From contig NC_083242.1 in assembly GCF_032191835.1 (NCBI RefSeq), positions 1,302,001 to 1,366,000 of the forward strand: a stretch of DNA of 64,000 bases, read 5' to 3'. The notes under the pieces are model-generated. The model was given only the letters and a program-made list of their open reading frames with translations. It did no database searches and was not told the DNA's origin. This DNA is from Heteronotia binoei. Its lineage: Eukaryota. Position numbers and translations under genes: made by a program. This document shows positions 41,901-53,900 of this stretch, piece by piece. Every line of letters begins with the position of its first letter. Position 1 is the first letter of the stretch.

Positions 41901-44900
41901 CTTCTCTTGTTCTTCTTCTTCTTCCTCCTCTTGTTCCTGTTCTTTTTCCTCCTCCTTCTCTTGTTCTTCTTCTTCTTCCTCCTCTTGTTTCTGTTCTTCT
42001 TCCCCCTCCTCCTCTCGTTTCTTTTCTTCCTCCTCCTCTTTCTCTTGTTCTTCTTCCTCCTCCTCTTGTTCCTGTTCTTCTTCCCCCTCCTTCTCTTGTT
42101 CTTCTTCCTCCTCCTCCTCCTCCTCTTGTTTTTGTTCTTCTTCCCCCTACTTCTCTTGTTCTTCTTCTTCTTCCTCCTCCTTTTCTTGTTCTTCTTCCTC
42201 CTCCTCCTCTTGTTCCTGTTCTTCCTCCTCCTCCTTCTCTTGTTCTTCTTCTTTCTCATCCTCCTCCTCTTGTGAGAAGACCTCTTATGCTTGAGACCCC
42301 GGAGACCGGCTGCCAGCCTGAGTAGACAAGACTGACCTTGATGGGCTGATTCTCTACGTAATTGACACGGACTGCACATAATTTCTCATCTTGTTAGCCA
42401 TGGGGAGGGGGGAGGCAGTGAACTGTGCCACATGCACACACCTGCCCATGCCAAAAGTGCCCTTGGAACACCAGCAGTATTTTGTCATTCCGGTTGATGT
42501 CTGGTTTCGGCCTTCCCCAGCTATCCTCTGCCCTCTCCTTGCATGTGGAGAGGCAGGTGACAGGGGGCTGGCTTGCCTTCCCCTGGCAGAGCTTCAGCCC
42601 TGCACAAGCCCCTCCTCTGAGCAGACCCCGCCCCCGAATAGTCCCCTCCAATGTTCCTGTAAGCTGCAGAGTCTTGTGAGCAAAAATCCTACTTTGTGAG
42701 CTGCTGGCATGAAAGCTGTGAGCTGCTGCATCAGTTATTGTGCTCTGGGGTCCTCCTTCCTGGGCTAAGTCAAAAATGTGTGAGCTGGAGGCTAAAAATC
42801 TGTGAGCTAGCTCACGCTAACGCAGCTTAGAGGGATCCCTGGTCCCCTCTTATTCCGGCCCCCCTGTACTCTCCGGCAGGTCTTCCCGCTCTTCTCCAAA
42901 CTGGGCGCCAACGGAGTCCTGATCGAATATGAAGACATGTTTCCATTCAAGGGAGAGCTGGAAGTTCTTAAGTCCCCGTATGCCTACAGGTGAGCAGGGA
43001 TGTGTTGGGGGGGCCGGGAAGGCCAAGGGGGATGAGGCTCCTCACCAAAGGCATTCATGGAGGAAAAGGTGCACGATAAGCAAGAGTAGCAGCTTTGAAG
43101 ACTGAGCGCTTTCCCGGCCAAAGCCCCTCTGACCTTCCCACGTCCTAGGGGGAGAGCTCTCCGCCTTCTCCGTTGGGGGGCGGGGGGAAGCGCTCTCAGG
43201 CTTCCATCGTTGGGGGACCCCGTGGGGTTTTCAAGGCAGGAGACGTTCAGTGGGGGTTTGTCATTGCCTGCCTCTGCCGAGCGACCCTGGACTTCCTTGG
43301 AGGGCTCCCATCCAAGGATTAACCAGGGCTGACCCTGCGTCGCTTCCGAGATCAAATGAGATCAGGCCATCCAGATCGAGGCGAGGGATGCTCAGAGGTG
43401 GTTGGCAATTGCCTGTCTCTGTTTAGCGACCTTGGATTTGCTTGGTGGTCTCCCACCCATGGCCCAGAGCCTTGTAGCGCAGAGGGTTAAAGCTGCAGTA
43501 CTGCAGTCCTAAGCTCTGCCCACGACCTGAGTTCGATCCCAGCCTTCCATCCTTCCAAGGTGGGTCAAAGGAGTCCCCAGCTTGCTGGGGGGGGAAGCGT
43601 AGAGGACTGGGGAAGGCAATGGCAAACCACCCCGTGAAAAGTCTGCCGTGAAAACGTTGTGAAAGCAACGTCAGCCCAGAGTCGGAAACGACTGGTGCTT
43701 GCACAGGGGACCTTTCCTTTCCTCTCACCCAGGGACTAACCAAGGGCAGTTCTGCTGAGCTTCTGAGATCCAAGAAGATCAGGCCAGCCTGAGCCATCCG
43801 GGTGGTTCTCCTGACAGTGGTGCCCATCTCTGCCGCCTGCTGTTGCCTTCTAGTCAAGCTGACTCTGGCACAGTCCTCCCTCTCTCCCTCCCTCCATGCT
43901 GGCTGGTTGGCTCCAAGCTCTGGCCTGCGTTGACCAGCACTTCTGTCTCTTGGCAGCGAGGAAGACATCGAGAAAATCCAGGATCTGGCCGAGCTCAACA
44001 AGCTGGAGGTGATCCCCTTGGTGCAGACCTTTGGGCATGTGGAGGTAGGCCTGTAGGAGTCCCGGCTTTGGGGCAGAGGGGAGGGGGGTTTTGTTGCTGT
44101 AAATGAGTCCATCTCTCTCCTGACCGACCCCTCTCGAAGCAGCGGATGAAAGCGATAACAGCTGAACACGGGATTTACGCTACATGGCGGCAGGACCTTT
44201 TCTGTAGCAGGAACTCCTTTGCATTCTAGGCCACACCCTCCTGATGTAGCCAATCCTCCCGAGAGTTTACAGGGCTCTTATTCCAGGACCTGCTGTAAGC
44301 TCCAGGAGAATTGGCTACATCAGGGGTGTGTGGCCTAATATGCAAAGGAGTTCCCGCTACAAATGGTGTGAATTTTCTGGATCACGCAACGATGAGTTTG
44401 AAATTGCTGTTCTTTTTGTGTGTAAAAACAATTTTATTGATCTGCAATATATTGATATAATATTCCCAAAACAAATAAAACAGAATAATATAAATTGAAA
44501 ACAATACATCGCACTTTTCCTTTCCCTCCCCTCCACCCTTTTTCTTGACCCCCGCCGGGGTTTACTTAAAATTGTGAAAAATCCAAGGTAAATTTTACAA
44601 ATCAAGAATCTCTATTTTGAACCATAATACTAATAAAAAAGAAATAAAAATAAGAAAATTGGAAAAGTTATAGTTTATAAGTCCATCTTCACTTTTTTCT
44701 TTACACCTTAAAGTCAGAGAAATTTTTAGTCCCCTCTTCCACCACAGTTCAAATATTATCAAAAATCACTAAATGTCCCTTTACCTTCCAATATTTCTCA
44801 ACATATTTTTGAAATTTCTCCCATTCCTTTCTAAACTTCTCCAAATCATAGTCTTTTAAGCTTCTTCTAAGTTTGTCCATTTCACTCCAAGAAATAACTT

Positions 44901-47900
44901 TTAAAATCTAATCCCATTTTTCTGGTATTTTATCTTGCTTCCAAGATTGCGCATGTAATGTCCTTACTGCCGAAAGCAGATACCACACCAACGTTCTATC
45001 TTGTTTCAGAAAACTTTCCATTTGTAATCCCAACAAAAAACAAGTCTGGAGATCTCTTCATGTCATACCCTAAAATTTTAGACATGTCTTTCTGGATCAT
45101 TTGCCAAAATTGCTTTGTTCTTCTGGAGAGTTCCTCAGCATTGGTTCTGTGGGTAAACTCCCCCTAAATGTCAAGTCTCCAAATTCAATAACGAGACGTT
45201 GTTGAAACAAAGTTGCTGGTTTATTGATAAGGATGTACTTGGCTAAGTTCAAATTGAAAGACTAAAGATCATACATTACAATGCCATCATATAAGGTACA
45301 CTTCAAAGGGATTCTTAAGGGAGGGGCACTATGCAGGGCGCATTCACACATTGATGTTACAATTTCTTTCTCAGGCCGGCTTTGGCCTTGAGCGTCTCTG
45401 GCTCCAACCTCCCCCGATGCCCAGCCTGAGAAGGCACAGATTATGGCTTCACATATTCCCATTTCAAAGCAAGGCTACATAACAAAGGAAAAGGAGGGGG
45501 GTAGGGAGAGGTTTAGCTAGCAGCATTGGAATACAGATAGGCTTTACCCAGAAGGCTCTTTGCTTGAACCAAAGTACAGTACAGGTTTGACCAAGGTTTT
45601 ACAGAGACTTGACACTAAAGGGGAGACCTGAAGGGACGGGAGGTGGTGGGACGACGCACTTGAAGATCAGAACGGTGGATCTGTTTGCAAAGAGCAAGAG
45701 GAAACTGTGATGTGGGAGAGGGCACCATAGGCCGGAATCCTTCCCCTCCCTCGTAGCCAGACCTTTCCCTCCTGGGCCTTGAACAGCGAGCTGTTCTTAG
45801 CTGGATCGCTTTCCCAGGCTGCTGTGGGGAGCTCCTAGTTCTCTTGGCCCCCCCCCCCACCCACCCGGCCTGGCCTCCTCACTGGAGTGTCGCAGAGCCC
45901 CGCCCCCACCCTTTACCTGCCGTCTCCTCTCTCGCAGTTCATCCTGAAGCACGACAAGTACCGGCACTTGCGGGAGGTGGAGCGCTTCCCCAACAGCTTC
46001 AACCCCCACGTCCCCGAGACGCTGGCCCTCCTGAAGGCCGTGCTCACCCAGGTCCTCAGCAAGCACAGGCACTCCAGCTGGGTGCACATCGGGGCCGACG
46101 AGGTAAGGGATGCCCTCTTCTTTCTCTCCCCCCCACCCCCGCCTGCCAACCTTCCTCCTCGCCTTTCCTTGTCACGGGGTTCTTTGAAGGACTGTTGTAT
46201 TCTCTTATGATATTAAATGGCGCACTTGGAAATGCCAAACGTCCGGAGTCCTACTCTGTGCACACGGTCAGTTTTGCAAGCCTTTTCCAGGAGAGGCAAA
46301 GGAAAGAGCAGTCCTCGCCTAGCACTCTTGGTTGTCTCCTTTTGGGGGGGTCTGTTTGGTGTAGTGGTGAAGTGTGTGGACTCTTATCTGGGAGAACTGG
46401 GTTTGATTCCCCACTCCTCCACTTGCAGCTGCTGGAATGGCCTTGGGTTAGCCATCGCTCTTGCAGAGCTGTCCTTGAAAGGGCAGCTTATGGGAGAGCT
46501 CTCTCAGCCCCACCCACCTCACAGGGTGTCTGTTGTGGAGGAGGGAGGAAAAGGAGATTGTGAGCTATTTAAGACTCTGAGATTCAGAGCGCGGGGTGGG
46601 ATATATATAAGAGAGCCAGTTTGGTGTAGCGGTTAAGTGTGCGGACTCTTATCTGGGAGAACCAGGTTTGATTCCCCACGCCTCCACTTGCAGCTGCTGG
46701 AATGGCCTTGGGTCAGCCATAGCTCTTGTAGGAGTTGTCCTTGAAAGGGCAGCTTCTGGGAGAGCTCTCTCAGCCCCACCCACCTCACAGGGTGTCTGTT
46801 GTGGAGGAGGGAGGAAAAGGAGATTGTGAGCCACTCTGAGACTCTGAGGTTCGGAGTGGAGGGCGGGATATAAATCCAGCGTTCTTCCTTTTGGGGGGCT
46901 GCTACCTTAGACAGGGGAGCTCCTTATTCCCTGAGGTTGGGGGGCAAAGAGGTCTGTAAATGACCCTGGACTGCTTGGAGAGGGAAGACTTGCCAGAAAT
47001 CCTTTGCCCCCCTCTCTTCTCCCTTCCCAGGTCTTCCACTTAGGGGAGGGGATGGACTCCAAGAACTGGCTGAGCCACAATGCCGGCGACGTGGGCAAGA
47101 TGTACCTGAACCACATCCGGGAGGTGGTGACCTTTGTGGCCAGCCAGGACTGGGGGCTGCAGGTGCTCCTGTGGGACGACATGCTCCGCAAGGTCAGCGT
47201 GGCGGCTGTCCAAGGTGAGCGTGGCCCTCAGCTGCTGCCTTTTGTCTGGTCCCTCGGATCCCTGCAGAGCCAGGGAGCTGAATCCCTCTGCCAGGATACG
47301 CCGAGCTGCTCTGATGTCATGGAAGGGTGGGACACAGCGAGGGAGCTGAAGCCCTCTGCAGGGATAGGCCAAGCTGCTCTGATGTCATGGAAGGGTGGGA
47401 CATAGGAAGGGAGCTGAAGCCCTCTGCTGGGATAGGCCGAGCTGCTCTGATGTCATGGAAGGGTGGGACACAGCGAGGGAGCTGAAGCCCTCTGCCGGGA
47501 TAGGCCAAGCTGCTCTGATGTCATGGAAGGGTGTGACATAGGAAGGGAGCTGAAGCCCTCTGCTGGGATAGGCCGAGCTGCTCTGATGTCATGGAAGGGT
47601 GGGACACAGCGAGGGAGCTGAAGCCCTCTGCAGGGATAGGCCGAGCTGCTGTAATGTCATGGAAGGGTGGGACACAGCGAGGGAGCTGAAGCCCTCTGCC
47701 GGGATAGGCCAAGCTGCTCTGATGTCATGGAAGGGTGTGACATAGGAAGGGAGCTGAAGCCCTCTGCTGGGATAGGCCGAGCTGCTCTGATGTCATGGAA
47801 GGGTGGGACACAGTGAGGCAGCTGAAGCCCTCTGCAGGGATAGGCCGAGCTGCTGTAATGTCATGGAAGGGTGGGACACAGCGAGGGAGCTGAAGCCCTC

Positions 47901-50900
47901 TGCCGGGATAGGCCAAGCTGCTCTGATGTCATGGAAGGGTGGGGACACAGCGAGGGAGCTGAAGCCCTCTGCCAGGATAGGCCAAGCTGCTCTGATGTCA
48001 TGGAAGGGTGGGACATAGCCAGGGAGCTGAAGCCCTCTGCAGGGATAGGCCGAGCTGCTCTGATGTCATGGAAGGGTGGGACACAGCGAGGGAGCTGAAG
48101 CCCTCTGCCGGGATAGGCCAAGCTGCTCTGATGTCATGGAAGGGTGTGACATAGGAAGGGAGCTGAAGCCTCTGCTGGGATAGGCCGAGCTGCTCTGATG
48201 TCATGGAAGGGTGGGACACAGTGAGGCAGCTGAAGCCCTCTGCAGGGATAGGCCGAGCTGCTGTAATGTCATGGAAGGGTGGGACACAGCGAGGGAGCTG
48301 AAGCCCTCTGCCGGGATAGGCCAAGCTGCTCTGATGTCATGGAAGGGTGGGACATAGCGAGGGGACTGAAGCCCTCTGCCGGGATAGGCCAAGCTGCTCT
48401 GATGTCATGGAAGGGTGGGACATTGCAAGGGAGCTGAAGCCCTCTGCAGGGATAGGCCAAGCTGCTCTGATGTCATGAAAAGGCGGGGCAAGCAGACAGG
48501 TCTCTTCTGAGAGCCAGTTTGGTGTAGTGGTTAAGTACGTGGACTCTTATCTGGGAGAACCGGGTTTGATTCCCCACTCCTCCACTTGCAGCTGCTGGAA
48601 CGGCCTTGGGTCAGCCAGAGCTCTCTTATATGGGAGAACCGGGTTGGATCCCCCACTCCTCCACTTGCAACTGCTGGAATGGCCTTGGGTCAGCCAGAGC
48701 TCTCTTATCTGGGAGAACCAGGTTGGATTCCCCACTCCTCCTCTTGCAGCTGCTGGAATGGCCTTGGGTCAGCCAGGGCTCTCTTATCTGAGAGAACCGG
48801 GTTTGACTCCCTACTCCTCCACTTGCAACTGCTGGAATGGCCTTGGGTCAGCCACAGTGGTTAAGTGTGTGCACTCTCATCTGGGAGAACCGGGTTTGAT
48901 TCCCCACTCCTCCACTTGCAGCTGCTGGAATGGCCTTGGGTCAGCCATAGCTCTGGCAGAGGTTGTCCTTGAAAGGGCAGCTGCTGTGAGAGCCCTCTCC
49001 AGCCCCACCCACCTCACAGGGTGTCTGTTGTGGGGGGAGAAGATATAGGAGATTGTAAGCCGCTCTGAGTCTCTGATTCAGAGAGAAGGGCGGGGTATAA
49101 ATCTGCAGTCTTCTTCTTCTTCTTCTTCTTCTTCTTCTTCTTCTGCTGGCTGGATTGTCTCTATGGGCTTAAGGTGGGGAGAAGAGAAAGGGGCTGAAGG
49201 AATGGGGGGGTGGGGCTTAGAAGAGGTTTAAGAAACAAGCTTGGAATGAGGGAGACGAATGAGGGAGAAGCCCAGAGAGAGGCCTGAGGCAAAGGGAATG
49301 TGGGAAAGGAGACAGGTGCGTGCAGAGGTGAAGAAGGAATTCCCTGCTGCAGGACGTGGTGGCAGCTGCAAGCATAGACAGCATCAAGAGGGGATCGGAT
49401 AACCATGTGGAGCAGAAGTCCATCAGAGGCTATTAGCCACAGGGTATTGATGGAACTCTGTCTGGGGCAGTGATGCTCTGTCTTCTTGGTGCTGGGGGGC
49501 AGCTTCCAGAGGGGATTGGATGAACATATTTATCAGAGGTCCATCAGTGACTCTTAGCCACAAGGTATAGGTGAAAGACTCTGTCTGGGGCAGTGATGCT
49601 CTGTATTCTTGGTGCTTGTGGGGGGCATCAGTGGGAAGGCTTCTGGAGTTCTGGCCCTGCTGGTGGACCTCCTGATGGCACCTGGCTTTTTGGCCACAGT
49701 GTGACACAGTGTGTTGGACTGGATGGGCCATTGGCCTGATCCAATAGGGCTTCTCTTACTTCCTTATGTAATTTGAAATAGCTTCACTGAAATCTGACTA
49801 ATGTTCTAGTCCAGGGGTGGCCAACGGTAGCTCTCCAGATGTTTTTTTTTTTGCCTACAACTCCCATCAGCCCCAGCCAGCATGGCCAATCGCTGGGGCT
49901 TATGGGAGTTGTAGGCAAAAGAACATCTGGAGAGCTACCGTTGGCCACCCCTGTTCTAGTCCATAATTAGATTTATATTGGATAATGCCCTGGTTGTCTG
50001 AGGCAGCTCATTTCCTCCTTCCTTTTTGTGTGTTTTTGCATCGCAGACTCTGGCATCGCCAAGCACGCTTCTCCCATGTTGTGGTTTTACGCCCCGAACT
50101 TTGATACACAGCAAATAGGTAACAGGAATGAGTGCGTGTTTGTGTTAATACTGGACTGTGAACCCAAGGGGGTCTCAGAAGGGCTGCAGGGGTGGGCCTG
50201 TTCCCAAGGTGGAGGCTGCAGGGGTGGGCCTGTTCCCAAGGTGGAGGCTGCAGGGGTGGGCCTGTTCCCAAGGTGGAGGTTTCCACCCTTTGCTAGCCAC
50301 TGTGAAGTGCCCACCCCAGAACCAGCACCAAATCGAAATGTCAGCAGAGTGGGCGCGCCGTGCCCTGCTGGCCGTGTCTTCTCACCTCTCCTTCTTCCAG
50401 GGAAATACATCTCCAAGTACGCCGAGTGCGGCTTCAAGACCATCTGGTTTGCCAGCGCCTTCAAAGGCACCACCGGCCCTGCGCAGGCGTGGACCCCACT
50501 GAATCATCACTTGCAAAACCACTTGCAATGGCTGAGCGTCATGAGCTCCATGCCCACAGCCCCCTTCGCCAGACTGCAGGGCATCGTGCTGACCGGCTGG
50601 CAAAGGCAAGGCTCCACATTGGGCGTTGGGAGGGAGTTGGCATTGAGGCTCGAGATCTGTCATCCACTTCCAGCAGGCATTGCAGGAGAAGGCCCCCTCC
50701 CTGGGCTCTGAGAGAGAAAGAAGATGATGAAGAAGATAGAAGATATTGGATTCATATCCCACCCTCCACTCCAAAGAGTCTCAGAGCGACTCACAATCTC
50801 CTTTCCCTTCCTCCCCCACAACAGACACCCTGTGAGGTAGATGGAGATACTGGATTTATATCCTGCTCTCCACTCCGAAGAGTCTCAGAGCGGCTCACAA

Positions 50901-53900
50901 TCTCCTTTCCCTTCCTCCCCCACAACAGACACCCTGTGAGGTAGATGAAGAGATTGGATTTATATCCCGCCCACCACTCCGAAGAGTCTCAGAGCAGCTC
51001 ACAATCTCCTTTACCTTCCTCCCCCACAACAGACACCCTGTAAGGTAGATGAAGATATTGGATTTATATCCCGCCCTCCACTCCCAAGAGTCTCAGAGCA
51101 GCTCACAATCTCCTTTCCCTTGCTCCCCCACAACAGACACCCTGTGAGGTAGATGAAGAGATTGGATTTATATCCCGCCCTCCACTCCGAAGAGTCTCAG
51201 AGCAGCTCACAATCTCCTTTACCTTCCTCCCCCACAACAGACACCCTGTGAGGTAGATGAAGAGATTGGATTTATATCCCACCCTCCACTCTGAAGAGTC
51301 TCAGAGCGGCTCACAATCTCCTTTCCCTTCCTTCCCCACTACAGACACCCTGTGAGATGGGTGGGGCTGAGAGAGCTTTCACAGCAGCTGCCCTTTCAAG
51401 GACAACCTCTGCAATAGCTATGGCTGACCCAAGGCAATGCTAGCAGGTGTAAGTGGAGGAGTGGGGAATCAAACCTGGTTCTCCCAGATAAGAGTCCACA
51501 CACTTAACCCCTGCACACTTAACTGGCTCTCCAAAGAGCAGCAGTCCCCTGCCTTTGTGCAGTTATTTAGCACTCTGGGCATGCTCAGAGGCACTTTAGT
51601 TCCTGCAAGCATTCCAAGCCTCAGCCGTGGCAGGGAAATAGGTGCTGGGGCTCTTAAGGTTGGGAGGCTTCTTCAAGGTGCATTTATTCAATAATTGGAA
51701 GCTTTTATTCTGCCACCTTTCCACCCAAAGAGGGAGCTCGAGGCAGCCTCCTGATGGAGTTGGAGCTTGGCAAACACCCCCTTCAAAAAAAAAACCCCAA
51801 AAGGCTCATGTAAAGCTGACCTGGCATATATGTTGGTTTCACGACAAAGGCTGTGACCCCAGGTGGCTTGGGAGCAAGGTTTCCTCTATGCTGCAGAGTC
51901 CTGTGAGCAAAAATTTTACTTTGTGAGCTGCTGGCATTAAAGTGGTGAGGTTCTGAATCAATGAATGTGCTCTGGGGCCATTTTCCCTGAGCTAAGACAA
52001 AAACCTATGAGCTAGCTCACACTACCTCAGCTTAGAGGGAACACTGCTCCCATGGGACCCAGCCCTCCTCCTGGGTGGAGCATCTCCAGAGCTGGTTCGG
52101 GGGGCTTGAATGGGGGGAATCAGAAGTGTCCGTTCAGACCACAAGAGCTGCAGGCGCTACAGCAGCAAACCAAGTGAACAGCAGACCATGTGTGGATGAG
52201 GTGTGATTGGGTTTTGCTGAGGCGTGCTGCCTCGATTGCGTTCCTGGAAGCTGCAGGTGGGGAATCCTTCAGGAAGCCCCTCCCAAAGTGTAGCAGCTAA
52301 CTCCCCTCCCTCTGTCTCTCTGTCGGCAGGTATGACCACTACTCCGCCCTGTGTGAACTGCTCCCTGTTGCGATCCCGTCCCTGGCGGTGTGTCTGCAGA
52401 CCCTGGTGAATGGTGAGGCTGCTGAGCTGGGGATAATTCACAGGAGGCTGGGAGAAGGTGTAGGCCCCAAGGTGGGGGGGGGGCGCGCTAAGAAGAGGCC
52501 TGATGGATCAGGCCAGTGAGGATCTATCAAGTGTGGTATCTCACCTCATGCAGTGGCCAGCCAGTTCCTCTGGAGGGCCAACAACAGGGCAGAGAGGCTG
52601 AGGCCTTCCCCTGAGAAGAACATCAGAAGAGCCCTGCTGGGTCAGACCAGGGAGGGTCCACCTAGTCCAGCCTCCTGTCTCACACAGTGGCCAACCAGTT
52701 GCTCTGGAGGGCCAACAACAGGGCAGAGAGACTGAGGCCTTCCCCTGAGAAGAACATCAGAAGAGCTCTGCTGGGTCAGACCAGGGAGGGTCCATCTAGT
52801 CCAGCCTCCTGCCTCACACAGTGGCCAACCAGTTCCTCTGGAGGGCCAACAACAGGGCAGAGAGGCCGAGGCCTTCCCCTGAGAAGAACATCAGAAGAGC
52901 CCTGCTGGATCAGACCAGGGAGGGTCCATCTAGTCCAGCCTCCTGCCTCACACAGTGGCCAACCAGTTCCTCTGGAGGGCCAACAACAGGGCAGAGAGGC
53001 TGAGGCCTTCCCCTGAGAAGAACATCAGAAGAGCCCTGCTGGATCAGACCAGGGAGGGTCATCTAGTCCAGCCTCCTGCCTCACACAGTGGCCAACCAGT
53101 TCCTCTGGAGGGCCAACAACAGGGCAGAGAGGCTGAGGCCTTCCCCTGAGAAGAACATCAGAAGAGCTCTGCTGGGTCAGACCAGGGAGGGTCCATCTAG
53201 TCCAGCCTCCTGCCTCACACAGTGGCCAACCAGTTCCTCTGGAGGGCCAACAACAGGGCAGAGAGGCCGAGGCCTTCCCCTGAGAAGAACATCAGAAGAG
53301 CCCTGCTGGATCAGACCAGGGAGGGTCATCTAGTCCAGCCTCCTGCCTCACACAGTGGCCAACCAGTTCCTCTGGAGGGCCAACAACAGGGCAGAGAGGC
53401 TGAGGCCTTCCCCTGAAAATAACATCAGAAGAGCCCTGCTGGGTCAGACCAGGGAGGGTCCATCTAGTCCAGCCTCCTGCCTCACACAGTGGCCAACCAG
53501 TTCCTCTGGAGGGCCAACAACAGGGCAGAGAGGCCGAGGCCTTCCCCTGAGAAGAACATCAGAAGAGCCCTGCTGGATCAGACCAGGGAGGGTCCATCTA
53601 GTCCAGCCTCCTGCCCCACACAGTGGCCAACCAGTTCCTCTGGAGGGCCAACAACAGGGCAGAGAGGCTGAGGCCTTCCCCTGAAAATAACATCAGAAGA
53701 GCCCTGCTGGGTCAGACCAGGGAGGGTCCATCTAGTCCAGCCTCCTGCCTCACACAGTGGCCAACCAGTTCCTCTGGAGGGCCAACAACAGGGCAGAGAG
53801 GCCGAGGCCTTCCCCTGAGAAGAACATCAGAAGAGCCCTGCTGGGTCAGACCAGGGAGGGTCCATCTAATCCAGCCTCCTCTCTCACACAGTGGCCAGCC

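Noticed and set aside
40688-42379. 500+ aa poly-K/R, poly-S/C and poly-L/F ORFs
   Set aside because: Stop-free simple satellite spanning an N gap; no coding signature
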